This document shows positions 1 through 12,819 of a DNA stretch of 64,000 nucleotides, in pieces (within the stretch, counting starts at the first letter, position 1; the number at the start of each line of letters is the position of its first letter). The DNA is taken from positions 78,494,001 to 78,558,000 of the forward strand of contig CM059432.1 in the NCBI GenBank assembly GCA_030390025.1, in the 5' to 3' direction. The notes beneath the pieces were generated by a model that was given only the letters and a program-made list of their open reading frames with translations, had not been told where the DNA came from and made no database searches. The DNA comes from Squalus acanthias (Eukaryota). Position numbers and translations under genes: made by a program.

Positions 1-187
1 AGTCATTGAATATATTCAAGGCTGAGATAGACAGATATTTGAGCTACAGGGGAGTCAAGGGTTATGGGGAGCGGGCGGGAGAGTGGTGTTGAGGCCAAGA
101 TAAGATCAACCATGATCTTATTGAATGGTGGAGCAGGCTCGAGGGGCCAAATGGCCTACTCCTGCTCCTATTTCTTATGTTCTTATG
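1..187 (+). mobile_element. CR1 LINE 3' end (truncated by window start)
   Basis: End of RT ORF (..GVKGYGERAGEW), 3' UTR hairpin GGAGCAGGCTCGAGGGGCCAAATGGCCTACTCCTGCTCC and (TTCTTATG)n tail, as in other CR1 copies here. Confidence 0.85.
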
Positions 188-194
188 CAACAAT

Positions 195-605
195 CAGGAA
201 AGGTTGAGGAGGCTGAGGCTCTTTTCTCTGGGAAAGAGATGACTGAGGAGATGTGAAAGAGTTCTTTAAATAGTAATAGGGTGGATGTGGAGAAATAGCT
301 TCCAGTTGTGGAAGAGTTCTGAACAAGGGAGCATGAATATTAGATAGCCACTAAAATAAAGAATTTAGGAGGAATTTCTTTACACAGAGAGTGGTGAGAA
401 TGTGGAACTTGCTGCCACATGGAGTGGTTGTAGCAAGTAGCAATGATACATTTAAGGAGAAGCTTACTCGTACATGAAGGAGAAGGGAATAGAGAGAAAT
501 AAGGGTCAGGGTGGGATGAGGAAATTAGAGCGGGAGGAGGCTGGTGTGGACTATAAACACTGGGGCCGAATGGCCTGTTTCTGTGCTGTTATTTCCATGT
601 AATAT
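195..605 (+). mobile_element. Degenerate CR1 LINE 3' fragment
   Basis: Decayed match to CR1 3' end (TTCTTTACACAGAGAGTGGTGAGAATGTGGAAC; GGGCCGAATGGCCTGTTTCTGTGCTG), similar to 4600-4865. Confidence 0.7.
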
Positions 606-1496
606 GAGAAGCATGTGGAGTGGGGGAGGTAAGTGTTTAAAGTGCTGGGGGAGGGAGGGCAATGCTGAGAAATAGAGATAGGAAGACCTCATGCTCACCC
701 TTGCTATCTAGTTCAGGCCATTAAAGCGCTTGCAGCACTGAACCCATGTCCAGGGGGTGACATTGCCGCCTCCGTCCAGGCCCATCTGTTTTGGCAGCTG
801 CCTGCTATCTGAGGGGAACAGGATGTGCCTGTGTGCCTTCACCTGCTCCACAAGTGCCTTAATTGCTGTACCAGAGAAGCGAGATGCTGTTGCCTGATAC
901 GTATTGCTCCCCAGAAACCTCCCAGCAGCTGCACAGAATTGAATGACATCTTACTTTAAGACATGCATTCACTCTTAAATGGGCAGCAGGTCCGCAAGAA
1001 ATCATGGCCTCCAAGTGGGGCGGCATCCTGTCACCGCTGGAAATGTCTGGGTAGCCCGTCAATGAAATATAAATGGGGCTCAACCATCAGAATGATCCGG
1101 GCCTCAGACTGATGACATCAGGCAGGCAGCCCGATCGCCCTGTTCACTTCATTTCTCTGGTCTTTCTGCCCATCTTCCACCAAAATGACAGCAGACGATT
1201 GGATGAACCCCCATGGAAATTACTGGCAATTGTGTCATAGCTGTGGGTCCTCCCTGCTGCCTTAGTTTCCAAATTTGGTTGTGCTGTTGTGAGGACTACA
1301 GAGCAAGAGACTATGATTTGCAGAGTTTAACGCCATCTCACTGTAAGAGGTGCATTCACTCTTTCAATGATCAAGGAACCCCCAAAGGAATTCTACCCCA
1401 ATAAGTTGCTGTTCTAATTCATTCTGCCACTCCATTTCTTATCTGTGATTTAATTTAAAAAATATATGTAATAGACGTAGAAATATTGGAGATATT

Positions 1497-2127
1497 GGGC
1501 TAGAAATTCGGTGCATTTGTGTCTCTCGTTAGCGACCCCGGGGGGCGCTAATGGGGCGCAAACAACTTTTCGCCCAGGCGCGGCGCCGCTAACAACTCCC
1601 GCTAAGTTCAGCGGGAGTTTAGTGGCGGTGGTAACCGGTAGCGCCCCACGCCGCTGCAGAGGCGATGACGATGTCATCAGCGTGCGCTGCGCCCTGTTTT
1701 CGTCCCGCCTGCAAAATTGGCCCGCGCCCCCGAATCTACGCCAGGCGATGACAGCGACCGATTCAGGGGGCGGGAACGGAGCGGCAGGAGGCTCGCGGGA
1801 CGCTAACTAAAGTGGAGGTGGCAGGCGGGGAAAAACAAATCGTCCAACTTACTTGTCACGGCCCATTGTGTCTTTGAATGCGGGGTCCATGCCGTGATCT
1901 GGCAGCCCGGCACTCCTCTTGAGTGCCAGGCTGCTGGCACAGCACCCCGCTCCCCAGTGGTCCAGGTAGGGCCCCGCAGAGATGTGGGCTTGGGTCCTCC
2001 CCTTTAATGAGGGGAAGAGCCCTTCCATGCGGCAGCGCTACGTGGCCCAGTGCGTATCGCTGCAGAACGCACTGCCCCAATACTCGGGGTTAGCGTTCTA
2101 AGATGGTCGCTAACGAATTTTCCCCCC
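1497..2127. mobile_element. PIF/Harbinger-type MITE
   Basis: TIRs GGGCTAGAAATTCG / CGAATTTTCCCCCC, 3-bp TSD ATT at both sides, CpG-rich, non-coding. Confidence 0.8.
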
Positions 2128-2589
2128 ATTGTATTAGAACTCAAGGGGGTTAATTTTGACTTTTTGCAGTGGTATAAAAAAGGAGATAACAAATCGACAG
2201 CCCATTTTACGATAAAATTTCTGTACTCACCAGCGATATCCTCATACCCACATTTACAGACACAAGCTGTATCTAGTTGGCAACGCTGCGGTTTACGTCA
2301 GCAATCAGATTTTGAACTCCCTTTCGTCCTCTTCCTACTTGCTTACTTCTCTGAGTTACAAAACCTTGTGCCATTGAGACTGTCAGGCAAGGAGTAACTA
2401 GGCAATAGCCAAGCAAAGCCTTAGCTGGGGAAACGAAAGCTGGAAGTGCAAATGCTAGAGTAAGTTAACCTTGGCTATCAGGCTGAGTTAGAAACTGATC
2501 ACTGGAAGTAGAATTAATTATTCAGGCAGCTGAATCAGATCCTCTGAGGAATGAACCAGAGAAGATAAAAGAAGTAAAAGTAGGGGAAC

Positions 2590-4865
2590 ATCTAGGCAAT
2601 AGTGACCGTAATATAATATGCTTTAAGATAATAATTGAGAAGGACATAAGTATGATGAAGACCAGGGTAATAGATTGGAGAAAAGCTGATTTTGAGGGAC
2701 TGAGAATAGAACTTGGGAAAATAAAGTGGACAACAATATTGGCAAACAATGATGTAGAACAACAATGGGAAATATTTAAAATGCTGTTTCAACAGAGTCC
2801 AGGAAAAATATATTCCACTAAAAAACAAGAACAAGATAAACACTAATGAGACACCATGGATGAATAAAGACATAAGGGAAAAATTGAGGGTAAGGAAAGA
2901 GGCATACACGAAGTACATGGACAGCAGGGGAGAGCATGACAAGGAAGAATATGAAGGGAGTAGGGGGGCGAAATTGGGTGCAGTTGCGCCTCCTGTTAGT
3001 ACCCTGGGGGCACTAATGGGGCGCAAATGGGAATGCAACCGGGCGCAGCGCTGACATCGACTCCCGCCATATTCGGAAAGTCGGGATGGGAATCGGGCCA
3101 CAAAGGGATAAAATCACAGGCAGTGATAGCAAAATGGCAGAAATATTAAATAATTACTTTGCTTCAGTATTTACCAGGGAGACAGATCAGGTGGACATGA
3201 CATTGGATGATGAAATTAGAAATGTTACAACTGCATTTAAAATAAAAAGAGGAGAAATATTAAATAAACTAATCAAACTCAAAGAGGATAAAATCCCTGG
3301 TCCGGACGGATTATATCCACACATTTTAAAAGAATCTAGGGAAGAGATAGCAGAGGCACTACTACACATATTTAATAATTTGTTAGAGAAAGGTGTAGTG
3401 CCAGAGGACTGGCAAATAGCTAACATAATACCTATATTTAAGAAAGGAGATGGAACATGTCCAGGAACTAAGACCAGTCAGCTTAACTTTGGTGGCAGGA
3501 AAAATAATGGAACCCCTACTAAAGGAGAAAATAGAAGAACATCTAGAAACCAAAAATATAACAATGAATAGTCAGCATAGATTTCAAAAGGGCAAGTCTT
3601 GCTTGACCAACCTCATTGAATTTTTTGAAGCAATAACAGAGAGAGTAGACAAGGGTAATGTAGTAGATGTAATTTATCTAGATTTTCAAAAGGCCTACGA
3701 TAAGGTACCGCATAATAGACTAATGAATAAGGTCAAAGAATGTGGAGTCAGGGGACAAGTAGCAGAATGGATAGCTAACTGGCTTCAAGACAGAAAGCAG
3801 CGAGTAGGGGTAAAGTAGCTATTCATAGTAGCAGAAGGTGGGAAGTGGTGTTCCACAAGGATCAGTGCCGGGACCAATGTTGTTCACAACTTATATTAAC
3901 GATTTAGACTTTGGCATCATGAACACAATTTCTAAATTTGCAGATGACACTAAATTGGGGGGATAGTTAATACTGAGGATGACTGCAACAAATTACAAGA
4001 AGACATTAATAAACTTGCAGAATGGGCATATAATTGGCAAATGAATTTCAACACAGATAAATGTGAGGTATAACATTTTGGTAAGAATAATAAGGAGGTC
4101 ACATATTACTTGGAAAATAAGAATCTAAATGGGGTAGAAGAGCAAAGGGATCTCGGAGTACAAATACACAAATCACTAAAAGTAGTGATGCAAGTCAATA
4201 AGGCCATAAAAAAAAGCAAACCAAGCACTAGGATTTATTTCTAGAGGGATAGAATTGAAAAGTAGTGAAGTTATGCTAAACTTGTATTGAACCTTGGTTA
4301 GACCACACTTAGAGTACTGCGTGCAGTTCTGGTCGCCATATTATAAAAAGGATACAGAGGCACTGGAGAGGGTGCAAAAAAGATTTACAAGGATGATACC
4401 AGAAATGCGAGGGTATACCTATCAGGAAAGGATGAACAGGCTGGGTCTCTTTCCTCTTGAAAAGAGAAGGCAGTGGGGTGACCTAATTGAGGTCTTTAAA
4501 ATTATGAAAGGTTTTGATAGAGTAGTCACAGAGTGAGTGTTTCCACTCGTGGGAAAGAGCAAAACTAGAGACCATCAATATAAGATAGTCACCAAGAAAT
4601 CAAATAGGGAATTCAGAAGAAACTTCTTTACTCAGAGTGGTGAGAATGTGGAACTTGCTACCACAGGGAGTGGTTGAAGTGAATAGTATAGATGCATTTA
4701 AGGGGAGGCTAGACAAGCATATGAGGGAGAAGGAAATAGAGGGTTATGCTGATAGAGTTAGATGAGGAAAGAGGGAGGAGGCTTGAGTGGAGCATAAATG
4801 CCGGCATGGACTGGTTGGGCCGAATGGCCTGTTTCTGCGCTGTATATCCTAAGTAATGCTATGTA
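2590..4865 (+). mobile_element. CR1 LINE, 5'-truncated, frameshifted ORF2 (RT)
   Basis: ORF fragments KIPGPDGLYP, YLDFQKAYDKVPH, VRPHLEYCVQFWSP and a CR1 3' UTR. Confidence 0.9.
2963..3095 (+). mobile_element. Harbinger MITE left-end fragment inside CR1
   Basis: GGGGGGCGAAATTGGGTGCA...GGGGCACTAATGGGGCGCAAA resembles 1497-1562 and interrupts the CR1 ORF. Confidence 0.6.
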
Positions 4866-5025
4866 TTCCAGTAATTCAGTTATTCCAAACTTTGTTTATC
4901 TCAGTCAGACAATTAATTGTTTCTTAAATGTAATTCATTATTTACTTTGTTCAGTTATTGATTTATTCAAGTCAAATGATTATTGATTTATTTCTGTCAG
5001 TGAATTTAATACTTAATTCAGGAAT

Positions 5026-5112
5026 GGTAGCATAGTGGCTATGTTACTGGACTAGTAATCCAGAGGCCTGGACTAATGATCCAGAAACGTGAGTTCAAAT
5101 CCCACCACGGCA
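5026..5112 (+). promoter_or_regulatory. tRNA-derived internal Pol III promoter (A/B box) SINE-type head
   Basis: A box TAGCATAGTGG (5028-5038), B box GAGTTCAAATCCC (5091-5103), anticodon-like hairpin CTGGA-CTAGTAA-TCCAG. Confidence 0.75.
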
Positions 5113-5867
5113 GCTGGGGAATTTAAATTCAGTTAATCAAATAAATCTGGAATAAAAAGCTAGTATCAGTAATGGTGACCTTGAAACTATGGGATTGTCG
5201 TAGAAAAATATCTGGTTCACTAATGTCCTTTAGGGAAGGAAATCTGCCGTCCTTACCTGGTCTGGCCTATATGTGACTCCAGACCCACAGCAATGTGGTT
5301 GACTCTTAACTGCCCTCTGAAATGGCCTAGCAAGCCACTCAGTTGTAACAAACCGCTACGATAAACAATAATAAGAATAAAACCGGACGGACCACCTCGG
5401 CCTCGGCACCGGCTTCGGACACAACAACCGCACACCCAACCAAGTCGACCCTGCAAAGTCCTCCTCACTAACATCTGGGGACTTGTGCCAAAATTGGGAG
5501 TGCTGTCCCACAGACTAGTCAAGCAACTGCCTGACATAGTCATACTAACAGAATCATACCTTTCAGCCAATGTCCCAGACTCCTTCATCACCATCCCTGG
5601 GTATGTCCTGTTCCACCGGCAGGACAAACCCACCAGAGGTGGCGGCACAGTGGTATACAGTTGGAGGGAGGGGCCCTGGGAGTCCTCAACATTGACTGCG
5701 GACCCCATGAAATCATATGGCATCAGTTCAAACATGGGCAAGTAAACCTACTGATTACCACCTACCGCCCTCCCTCAGCTGATGAATCAGTACTCTTCCA
5801 TGTTGAACAGCACTTGGAAGAAGGGCACAGAATGTACTCTGGGTGGGGGACTTCAATGTCCATCACT

Positions 5868-7447
5868 CTTCTTCTTAGGCAGTCCCTCGGAACCGAGGAT
5901 GACTTGCTTCCACACTAAAAATGAGTTCTCAGGTGACTGATGAGTCCAATGCGGGACCTACAGTCTCTGTCACAGGTGGGGCAGACGGTGGTTGAAGGGG
6001 TGGTTGGGTGGGGTGCTTGGGTTGACGTGCGCTCCTTCCGCTGTTTGCGCTTGGCTTCCGCTTGCTCTCGGCGAAGAGACTCGAGGTGTTCAGCGCCTTC
6101 CCGGATGCTTCTCCTCCACTTTGTGCGGTCTTGGGCCAGGGATTCCCAGGTGTCGGTGGGGATATTGCACTTTTTCAAGGAGGCTTTGAGGGTGTCCTTG
6201 AAGCGTTTCCTCTGCCCACCTGGGGCTCTCTTGCCGTGTCAGAGCTCCGAGTAGAGTGCTTGTTTTGGGAGTCTCGTATCGGGCATGCGGACGATGTGGC
6301 CCGTCCATCGGAGCTGATCGAGCGTGGTCAAAGGTTCGATGCTGGGGATGTTGGCCTGAGCGAGAACACTAACGTTGGTGCGCCTATCCTGCCAATGGAT
6401 TTGCAGGATCTTGCGGAGGCAGCATTGGTGGTACCTCTCCAGTGCTTTGAGGTGCCTGCTGTACATGGTCCACGTCTCTGAAGCATACAGGAGGGCAGGT
6501 ATCACTACTGATCTGTAGACCATGAACTTGGTGCTGGGTTTGAGGTCCTGGTCTTCAAACACTCTCTTCCTCAGGTGACCGAAGGCTGCACTGGCACACT
6601 GAAGGCGGTGTTGGACTTCGTCATCGATGTCTGCCCTTGTTGACAGTAGGCTCCCGAGGTATGGAAAGTGGTCCACGTTGTCCAAGGCCTCATCATGGAT
6701 TTTAATAATCGGGGAGCAGTACTGTGTGGCGGGGGCAGGTTGGTAGAGGACTTTTGTCTTACGGATGTTTAGTGTAAGGCCTATGCTCTCATACGCTTCG
6801 GTGAAGGTGTTGACGATGGTTTGGAGTTCGACCTCAGAGTGTGCGCAGACGGAAGCATCGTCTGCATACTGTAATTCGATGACAGAGGATGGGACGACCA
6901 TGGTTGACGGCGTCGAAGGCCTTTGTGAGGTCAAAGAAGGCCATGTACAGTGGTTGGTGCTGTTCCCAGCATTTCTCTTGTAGTTGACGCGATGTGAAGA
7001 TCATGTCCATTGTGCCCCTTAGTGGGCAGGCTTTCCGCATTGCGACTCTGGGAGGAGCTCTTCAGCCACTGGGAGAAGGCGATTGAGGAGGATTCTTGCG
7101 ATGACTTTCCCTGTGGCAGACAGCAGGGAGACTCCTCTGTAATTACCGCAATCGGACGTGTCACCTTTCTTGAAGATGGTCACGATTACGGTATCTCTGA
7201 GGTCCCCTGGCATGCTCTCCTCCTTCCAAATAAGAGAAATGAGTTCATGCATTCGCACCAATAGTGCTTCTCTGCCATGTTTTGGCACCTCGGTGGGGAT
7301 TCCATCTGCTCCTGAGGCCTTCTTGTTCTTCAGTTGTCAGATGGCCTTTTCAACCTCATGCCGGGCTGGGGTTGTGCTGAGGTGGTGGCGGGTAGCATGC
7401 TGCGGGATGGAGTTGAGGACACTCGCGTCGAAGACAGAGTCTCGGTT
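5868..7447 (-). mobile_element. RTE-clade (BovB-like) LINE, 5'-truncated, internally deleted
   Basis: IVTIFKKGD.SDCGNYRGVSLLS, FFDLTKAFD, LQYADD, LRWTGHIVRMPDTRLPKQ, C-terminal CPTC..SRIGLISHLRTH, (AAG)n tail. Confidence 0.92.
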
Positions 7448-7910
7448 AAGAGTGGCTCAGCAGCACCACTACAGACCGAACTGGCCGAATCTTGAAGGAT
7501 ATAGCTGCCAGACTGGTCCTGCAACAGGTGGTGAGAGAACCAACACAAGGGAAAGACGAAGTCCCATCTTCACACTGAGGGCACCCTCCACCGTGTTGTG
7601 TGGCACTACCACTGTGGTAAATGGGATAGATTCAGAACCCACAACCAACGGATCAGCTCAAAGCTCTGCAGTCCTGCCACATCCAGTTGTGAATGGTGGT
7701 GGACCATTAAACAACTGACAGAAGGAGGAGGCACCATGAACAGCCCCATCCTCAATGATGGCAGAGCCCAGTTTGCGAGTGCAAAAGACAAGGCTGAAGC
7801 GTTTGCAACCATCTTCAGCCAGAAGTGCCAACTGGATGATCCATCTCAGTCTCCTACTGAGATCCCCACCATTACAGAAGCCAGTCTTCAGCCAATTCAA
7901 TTCACTCCAT

Positions 7911-8217
7911 GTGGCATAGTGGTTAGCACTGTTGCCTCACAGCGCCAGGGACCCGGGTTCGAATTCGGCCTCGGGTGACTGTCTGTGTGGAGTTTGCACA
8001 TTCTCCCCGTGTCTGCGTGGGTTTCCTCCGGGTGCTCCGGTTTCCTCCCACAGTCCAAAGATATGCGGGTTAGGTTGATTTGGCTATGATAAATTGACCC
8101 TTAGTGTTAGGGGGGATTAAATACGTGGGGTTACGGGGATAGGGTGGGATATGTGTCGGTGCAGGCTCGATGGGCCGAAATGGCCTCTATCTGCACTGTG
8201 GGGATTCTGTGATTCTG
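7911..8217 (+). mobile_element. HE1-like V-SINE (tRNA head, CR1-type tail)
   Basis: GTGGTTAGCACTGTTGCCTCACAGCGCCAGGGACCCGGGTTCGAAT head, V-domain GTGGAGTTTGCACATTCTCCCCGTGTCTGCGTGGGTTTCCTCCGGG, (GATTCTGT)n tail. Confidence 0.9.
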
Positions 8218-10327
8218 TGATATCAAGAAATGGCTGAGCGCACTGCATACTGCAAAGGCTGTGAGCCCCGATAATATCCCGGCTGTCATGCTGAAGACTT
8301 GTGTTCCAGACCTAGCCGCATCTCTAGCCAAGCTGTTCCAGTACAGCTACAACACTGGCATCTACTTGGCAATGTGGAAAACTGCCCAGGTGTGTCCTGT
8401 CCTCAAAAAACAGTCTACTCTCAATAATAAGCAAAGTGATGGAAGGTGTTGTCGACAGTGCAATCAAGTGGCACTTACTCACCAATAATCTGCTCACTGA
8501 TGCTCAGTTTGGGTTTCGCCAAGACCACTCGGCTCCAGACCTCATTACAGCCTTGGTCCAAACATGGACAAAAGAGCTGAATTCCAGAGGTGAGGTGAGA
8601 GTGACTGCCCTTGACATCAAGGCAGCATTTGACCGAGTGTGGCATCAAGGAGCCCTAGTAAAACTGAAGTCAATGGGAATCGGGGGGAAAACTCTCCACT
8701 GGCTGGAGTCATACCTAGCACAAAGGAAGATGGTTGTGCTGGTTGGAGGTCAATCATCTCAGCCCCAGGACATCGCTGCAGGAGTTCGTCAGGGCAGTGT
8801 CCTAGGCCCAACCATCTTCAGCTGCTTCATCAATGACCTTCCCTCCAACATGAGGTCAGAAATGGGGATGTTCGCTGATGACTGCACAGTGTGCCATTCG
8901 CAACTCCTCAGATAATGAAGCAATCTATGCCGCATGCAACAAGACCTGGATGATATTCAGGCTTGGGCTGATAAGTGGCAGGTAACATTCACGCCACACA
9001 ATGATTATCTCCAACAAGCGAGAGTCTAACCACCGACCCTTGACATTCAATGGCATTACCATCGCTGAATCCCCCACCATCAATATCCTGGGGGTCACCA
9101 TTGACCAGAAACTTAACTGGACCAGCCACATAAATACTGTGGCAACAAGAGCAGGTCAGAGGCTAGGTATTCTGTGGCGAGTGTCTCACCTCCTGATTCC
9201 CCAAAGCCTTTCCACCATCTACAAGGCACAAGTAAGGAGTGTGATGGAATACTCTCCACTTGCCTGGATGAGTGCAGTTCCAACAACACTCAAGAAGCTC
9301 GACACCATCCAGGACAAAGCAGCCCGCTTGATTGGCACCCCATCCACCACCTTAAACATTCACTCCCTCCACCACCGGCGTACCGTGGCTGCAGTGTGCA
9401 CCATCTACAAGATAAACTGCAGCAACTCGCCAAGGCTTCTTCAGCAGCACCTCCCAAACCTGCGATCTCTTCCACCTAGAAAGACAAGGGCAGCAGTCGC
9501 ATGGGAACACCACCACCTCCAAGTTCCACTCCAAGTCACACACCATCCTGACTTAGAAGTATATCGCCGATCCTTCATCGTCGCTGGGTCAAAATCCTGG
9601 GACTCCCTACCTAACAGCACTGTGGGAGTACCTTCACCACACGGATTGCAGCGGTTCAAGGCGGCGGCTCACCACCACCTTCTCAAGGGCAATTAGGGAT
9701 GGGCAATAAATGCTGGCCTTGCCAGCGACGCCCACATCCCATAAACAAATAAAAAATAGCTCTAGAGCTTTTAGAAGACAGCACAGTTTAGATGAATTGT
9801 ATTGCTTGTATCTGGAATGAAAGGTGAAGTGCATTTTTGTCTTTACTGCTGCGTGTATTCACATATTTTTGGCTTATGTAGCACTGCAAATGTATCCTTA
9901 AGATTTTCTATTTCCAGTCTACCTATGCACAATTGCTCCTTCTGTCATCCCGAGTTGATTTTGACTCTTTTGTGAAAAAGCTGTGTGCATAGATAAAACT
10001 TGCTTCATTCTAGTCTTATCCATGACAATGGGGATTATATAAAATAAAATTGTTCAATTCTGGCAGCAAACTTAGCAGTAGTTCAGACAGGGAGCAGCTG
10101 TTACCAATTACTCAAAATTGGGAGTAATGACAACTAATTGGGGCAAACTGCCCAGTATTTCTGCAGCTGAACCTTGGCATAAAGTATGTTTCAAGGTATA
10201 CAAATCTCATGTACATCATTCAGCACATTAACTTACAGGTCTGCAGTACCTGACATAAAAGTTATGTTTTTGCTCATAAATTTTAATAACATTTTTGATT
10301 TAGTTATCTGCATCTTTGCTTCCACAG

Positions 10328-10392
10328 GAGCGCTTGCAAACATGAAGGTTTGACTTCAAATATCTTGCTAAGTGGCTTCTTACTCAACAAAG
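10328..10392 (+). CDS. Candidate coding exon of unidentified host gene (SACKHEGLTSNILLSGFLLNK)
   Basis: Acceptor catctttgcttccacag, donor AAG|gtaatg, single open frame, unique sequence. Confidence 0.4.
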
Positions 10393-10574
10393 GTAATGCA
10401 GTGAAAATTATTCAGACCTTCTGTGCCATCATAAAGGCTGCGGAGTGAGATGGATGTAATATCTGCTCCTGACCCCATTAGAGTATCAGAATTCAGATCA
10501 TTTAAACATTTTGGGCTATTCAAGAGTCTCAAAGCGTGGATCTCAGAAGTAGTTTGTTCCTCAGAAAAATAGAG

Positions 10575-10835
10575 TTGCATTTAGATAGCACCTTTCACCT
10601 CCTCAAACATCCCAAAACTCTTCACAGCCAATATTGTTAAGTAGGCAAATACAGCAGCCAATTTGCACACAAACAGCAATGAGCTGAATAATGACCAGTT
10701 AATTAGTTTTGATGGCATTGGTTGGGATATGAATGGTGGTTAGGACAGCCTGCTCTTTTTTGGAAAAAGTGCCATGGGATCTTCTACATTCTTCTGAACA
10801 GTAGATGGGGTTTTGGTTTAATGTCACAAGGAAAG
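10575..10835 (-). mobile_element. Degenerate DeuSINE copy
   Basis: Reverse complement resembles 57960-58260 (AGATCCCATGGCACT, AAATTGGCTG). Confidence 0.65.
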
Positions 10836-10892
10836 AGGGCCCGGTAACTTCAGCAGTTCGGCAGAAACCTTGTTTGCATGTATAAATGGGGT

Positions 10893-12150
10893 TACATAGA
10901 ATGGTTACAGCACAGAAGGAGGCCAGTTGGCCCATCGGCCCATGCTGGCTCTCTGCAAGAGCACTTCAGCTAATCCCACTCTCCTGCCCTTTCCCTGTAG
11001 TCCTGCAAATTTTTTTCCTTCAGGTACTTATCCAATTCCCTTTTGAAAGCCACGAGTGAATCTGGCTCCACCACCCTTTCAGGCAGTGAATTCCAGATCA
11101 TAACCACTCGCTCCGTAAAAAAGATTTTCCTCATGTCGTCTTTGGTCCTTCTGCCAATCACCTTAAATTTGTGTCCTCTGGTTCTCGACCCTTCCGTCAA
11201 TAGGAACAGTTTCTCTCTATCTAGACCCCTCATGATTTTGAACACCTCTATCAAATCTCCTCTCAATCTTCTGTGCTCTAAGGAGAACAACCCCAGCTTC
11301 TCCAGTCTATCCAAGTAACTGAAGTCCCTCATCCCTGGAACCATTGTTGTAAATCTTTTCTGCACCCTCTCTAAGACCTTCATATCCCTCCTAAAGTGCG
11401 GTGCCCAGAATTGGACACAATACTCCAGTTAAGGCCGAACCAGTGTTTTATACAGGTTCATCATAACTTCCTTGCTTTTGTACTCTATGCCTCTATTTAT
11501 GAAGCCCAGGATCCCGTTTCCTTTTTTAACCGCTTTCTCAACCTGCCCTGCCACCTTCAACGATTTGTGCACATATACCCCTAGGTCTCTATGTTCATGC
11601 ACCCCTTTTAGAATTGTACCCTTTAGTTTATATTTCCTCTCTTCATTCTTCCTACCAAAATGTATCACTTCGCACTTTTCTGCATTAAATTTCATCTGCC
11701 ACGTGTCCGCCCATTCCACCAGCTTGTCTATGTTCTCTTGAAGTCTATCACTCTCCTTCTCACTGTTCACTATACTTCCAAGTTTCGTCACATCTGTAAA
11801 TTTTGAAATTGTACCCTGTACACCCAAGGCCAAGTCATTAATATATATCAAGAAAAGCAGTGGTCCTAGTACCGACCCCTGGGGACCACCACTGTGTACC
11901 TTCCTCCAGTCCGAAAAACAACCGTTCACCACTTCTGATGAAAGGTCATCGACCTGAAACGTCAACTCTCTTTCTCTCTCCACGGATGCTGCCTGGCCTG
12001 CTGAGTTTTTCCAGCGTTTTCTGTTGTTATTTCGTTCACCACTACTCTCTGTTTCCTGTCACTTAGCCAATTTCGTATCCGTGCTGCCACCCTCACTTTT
12101 ATTCCATGGGCTTCAACTTTGCTGGTAAGCCTATTATGTGGCACTTTATC
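10893..12150 (-). mobile_element. CR1 LINE, 5'-truncated
   Basis: QGSVLGPLLFLIYINDL, WQMKFNAEKCEVIHFG, ERVQKRFT and a CR1 3' UTR. Confidence 0.9.
11934..12032 (+). mobile_element. 99-bp Penelope-tail insertion with hammerhead ribozyme motif
   Basis: CTGATGA-AAGGTC-ATC-GACCT-GAAA-CGTC; 11-bp TSD CGTTCACCACT at 11923-11933 and 12033-12043, inside a CR1. Confidence 0.85.
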
Positions 12151-12364
12151 TTCCAAACTTCTGCCAAAGTTACAGTGGCAGAGCGGGAGCAGCCCCAAGG
12201 ATCTTCGTCCCAAAGCATTTTAGTTCTGTAGGGTTGATATTACTATACTCGAGCTACTCCTAACATTCAAGTAGTTTTTTTGCTGTACTCTTATTATTTG
12301 CTTTACTGGTACATGCATGAGTTCAAAATTTGCAAAACCATCTACCCAGGCAGTAATTTCTCTG

Positions 12365-12818
12365 AAATAAAAACAGAAAGTGCTGGAAATACTCAGCAGG
12401 TCAGGCAGCATCTGTGGAGAGAGAAACAAAGTTAACGTTTCAGGTCGATGACCTTGCATTAGAACTGGAAATGTAACAGTTTATAAGCAAGTACAGAGGC
12501 AGGAAAAGGGAGGAGGGGAGGAAAGAACAAAAGGGAAGGTCTGTGATAGGGTGGAAGGCAGGAGAGATTAAATGACAAAAGGGATGACGGTGCAAGGCAA
12601 AAGGGAGTGGTAATGGGACAAGTAAAGAAACAAAATATGGGTCTAGAGGAGGTGTAAATGGGAAGAACAGAACCATTACCAATAATGGGAGCGTGGGTTA
12701 TGATCTGAAATTGTTGAACTCAATGTTGAGTCCAGAAGGCTGTAAAGTACCTAATCGAAAGATGAGGTGCCGTTCCTCGAGCTTATGCTGAGCTTCATTG
12801 GAACAGTGTAGGAGGCCA
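12365..12818 (-). mobile_element. Penelope-like element 3' fragment (GIY-YIG end + pLTR)
   Basis: Reverse complement encodes HLIFRLGTLQPSGLNIEFNNFRS and carries the same tail as 21270-21666. Confidence 0.85.
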
Positions 12819-12819
12819 G

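Larger units (their letters stand above)
5026..9757 (+). mobile_element. Non-LTR retrotransposon (CR1-group, EN-RT single ORF, decayed) with tRNA-derived 5' head; interrupted by RTE and V-SINE
   Basis: AP-endonuclease motifs (LTNIWGL..PDIVILTESYL..RGGG, GDFN), RT motifs (QFGFR, ALDIKAAFDRVWH, GVRQGSVLGP, MFADD, YKAQVRSVMEY), stop at 9696, then tail GGGATGGGCAATAAATGCTGGCC...ACATCCCAT + A-rich end. Confidence 0.88.

Noticed and set aside
1497..2127. CpG-island promoter and GC-rich ORFs
   Set aside because: Bounded by TIRs and a TSD, so explained as a young MITE.
5026..5112. Functional tRNA genes (also 7911 and 57810)
   Set aside because: No complete cloverleaf or terminator; each continues into SINE or LINE body sequence.
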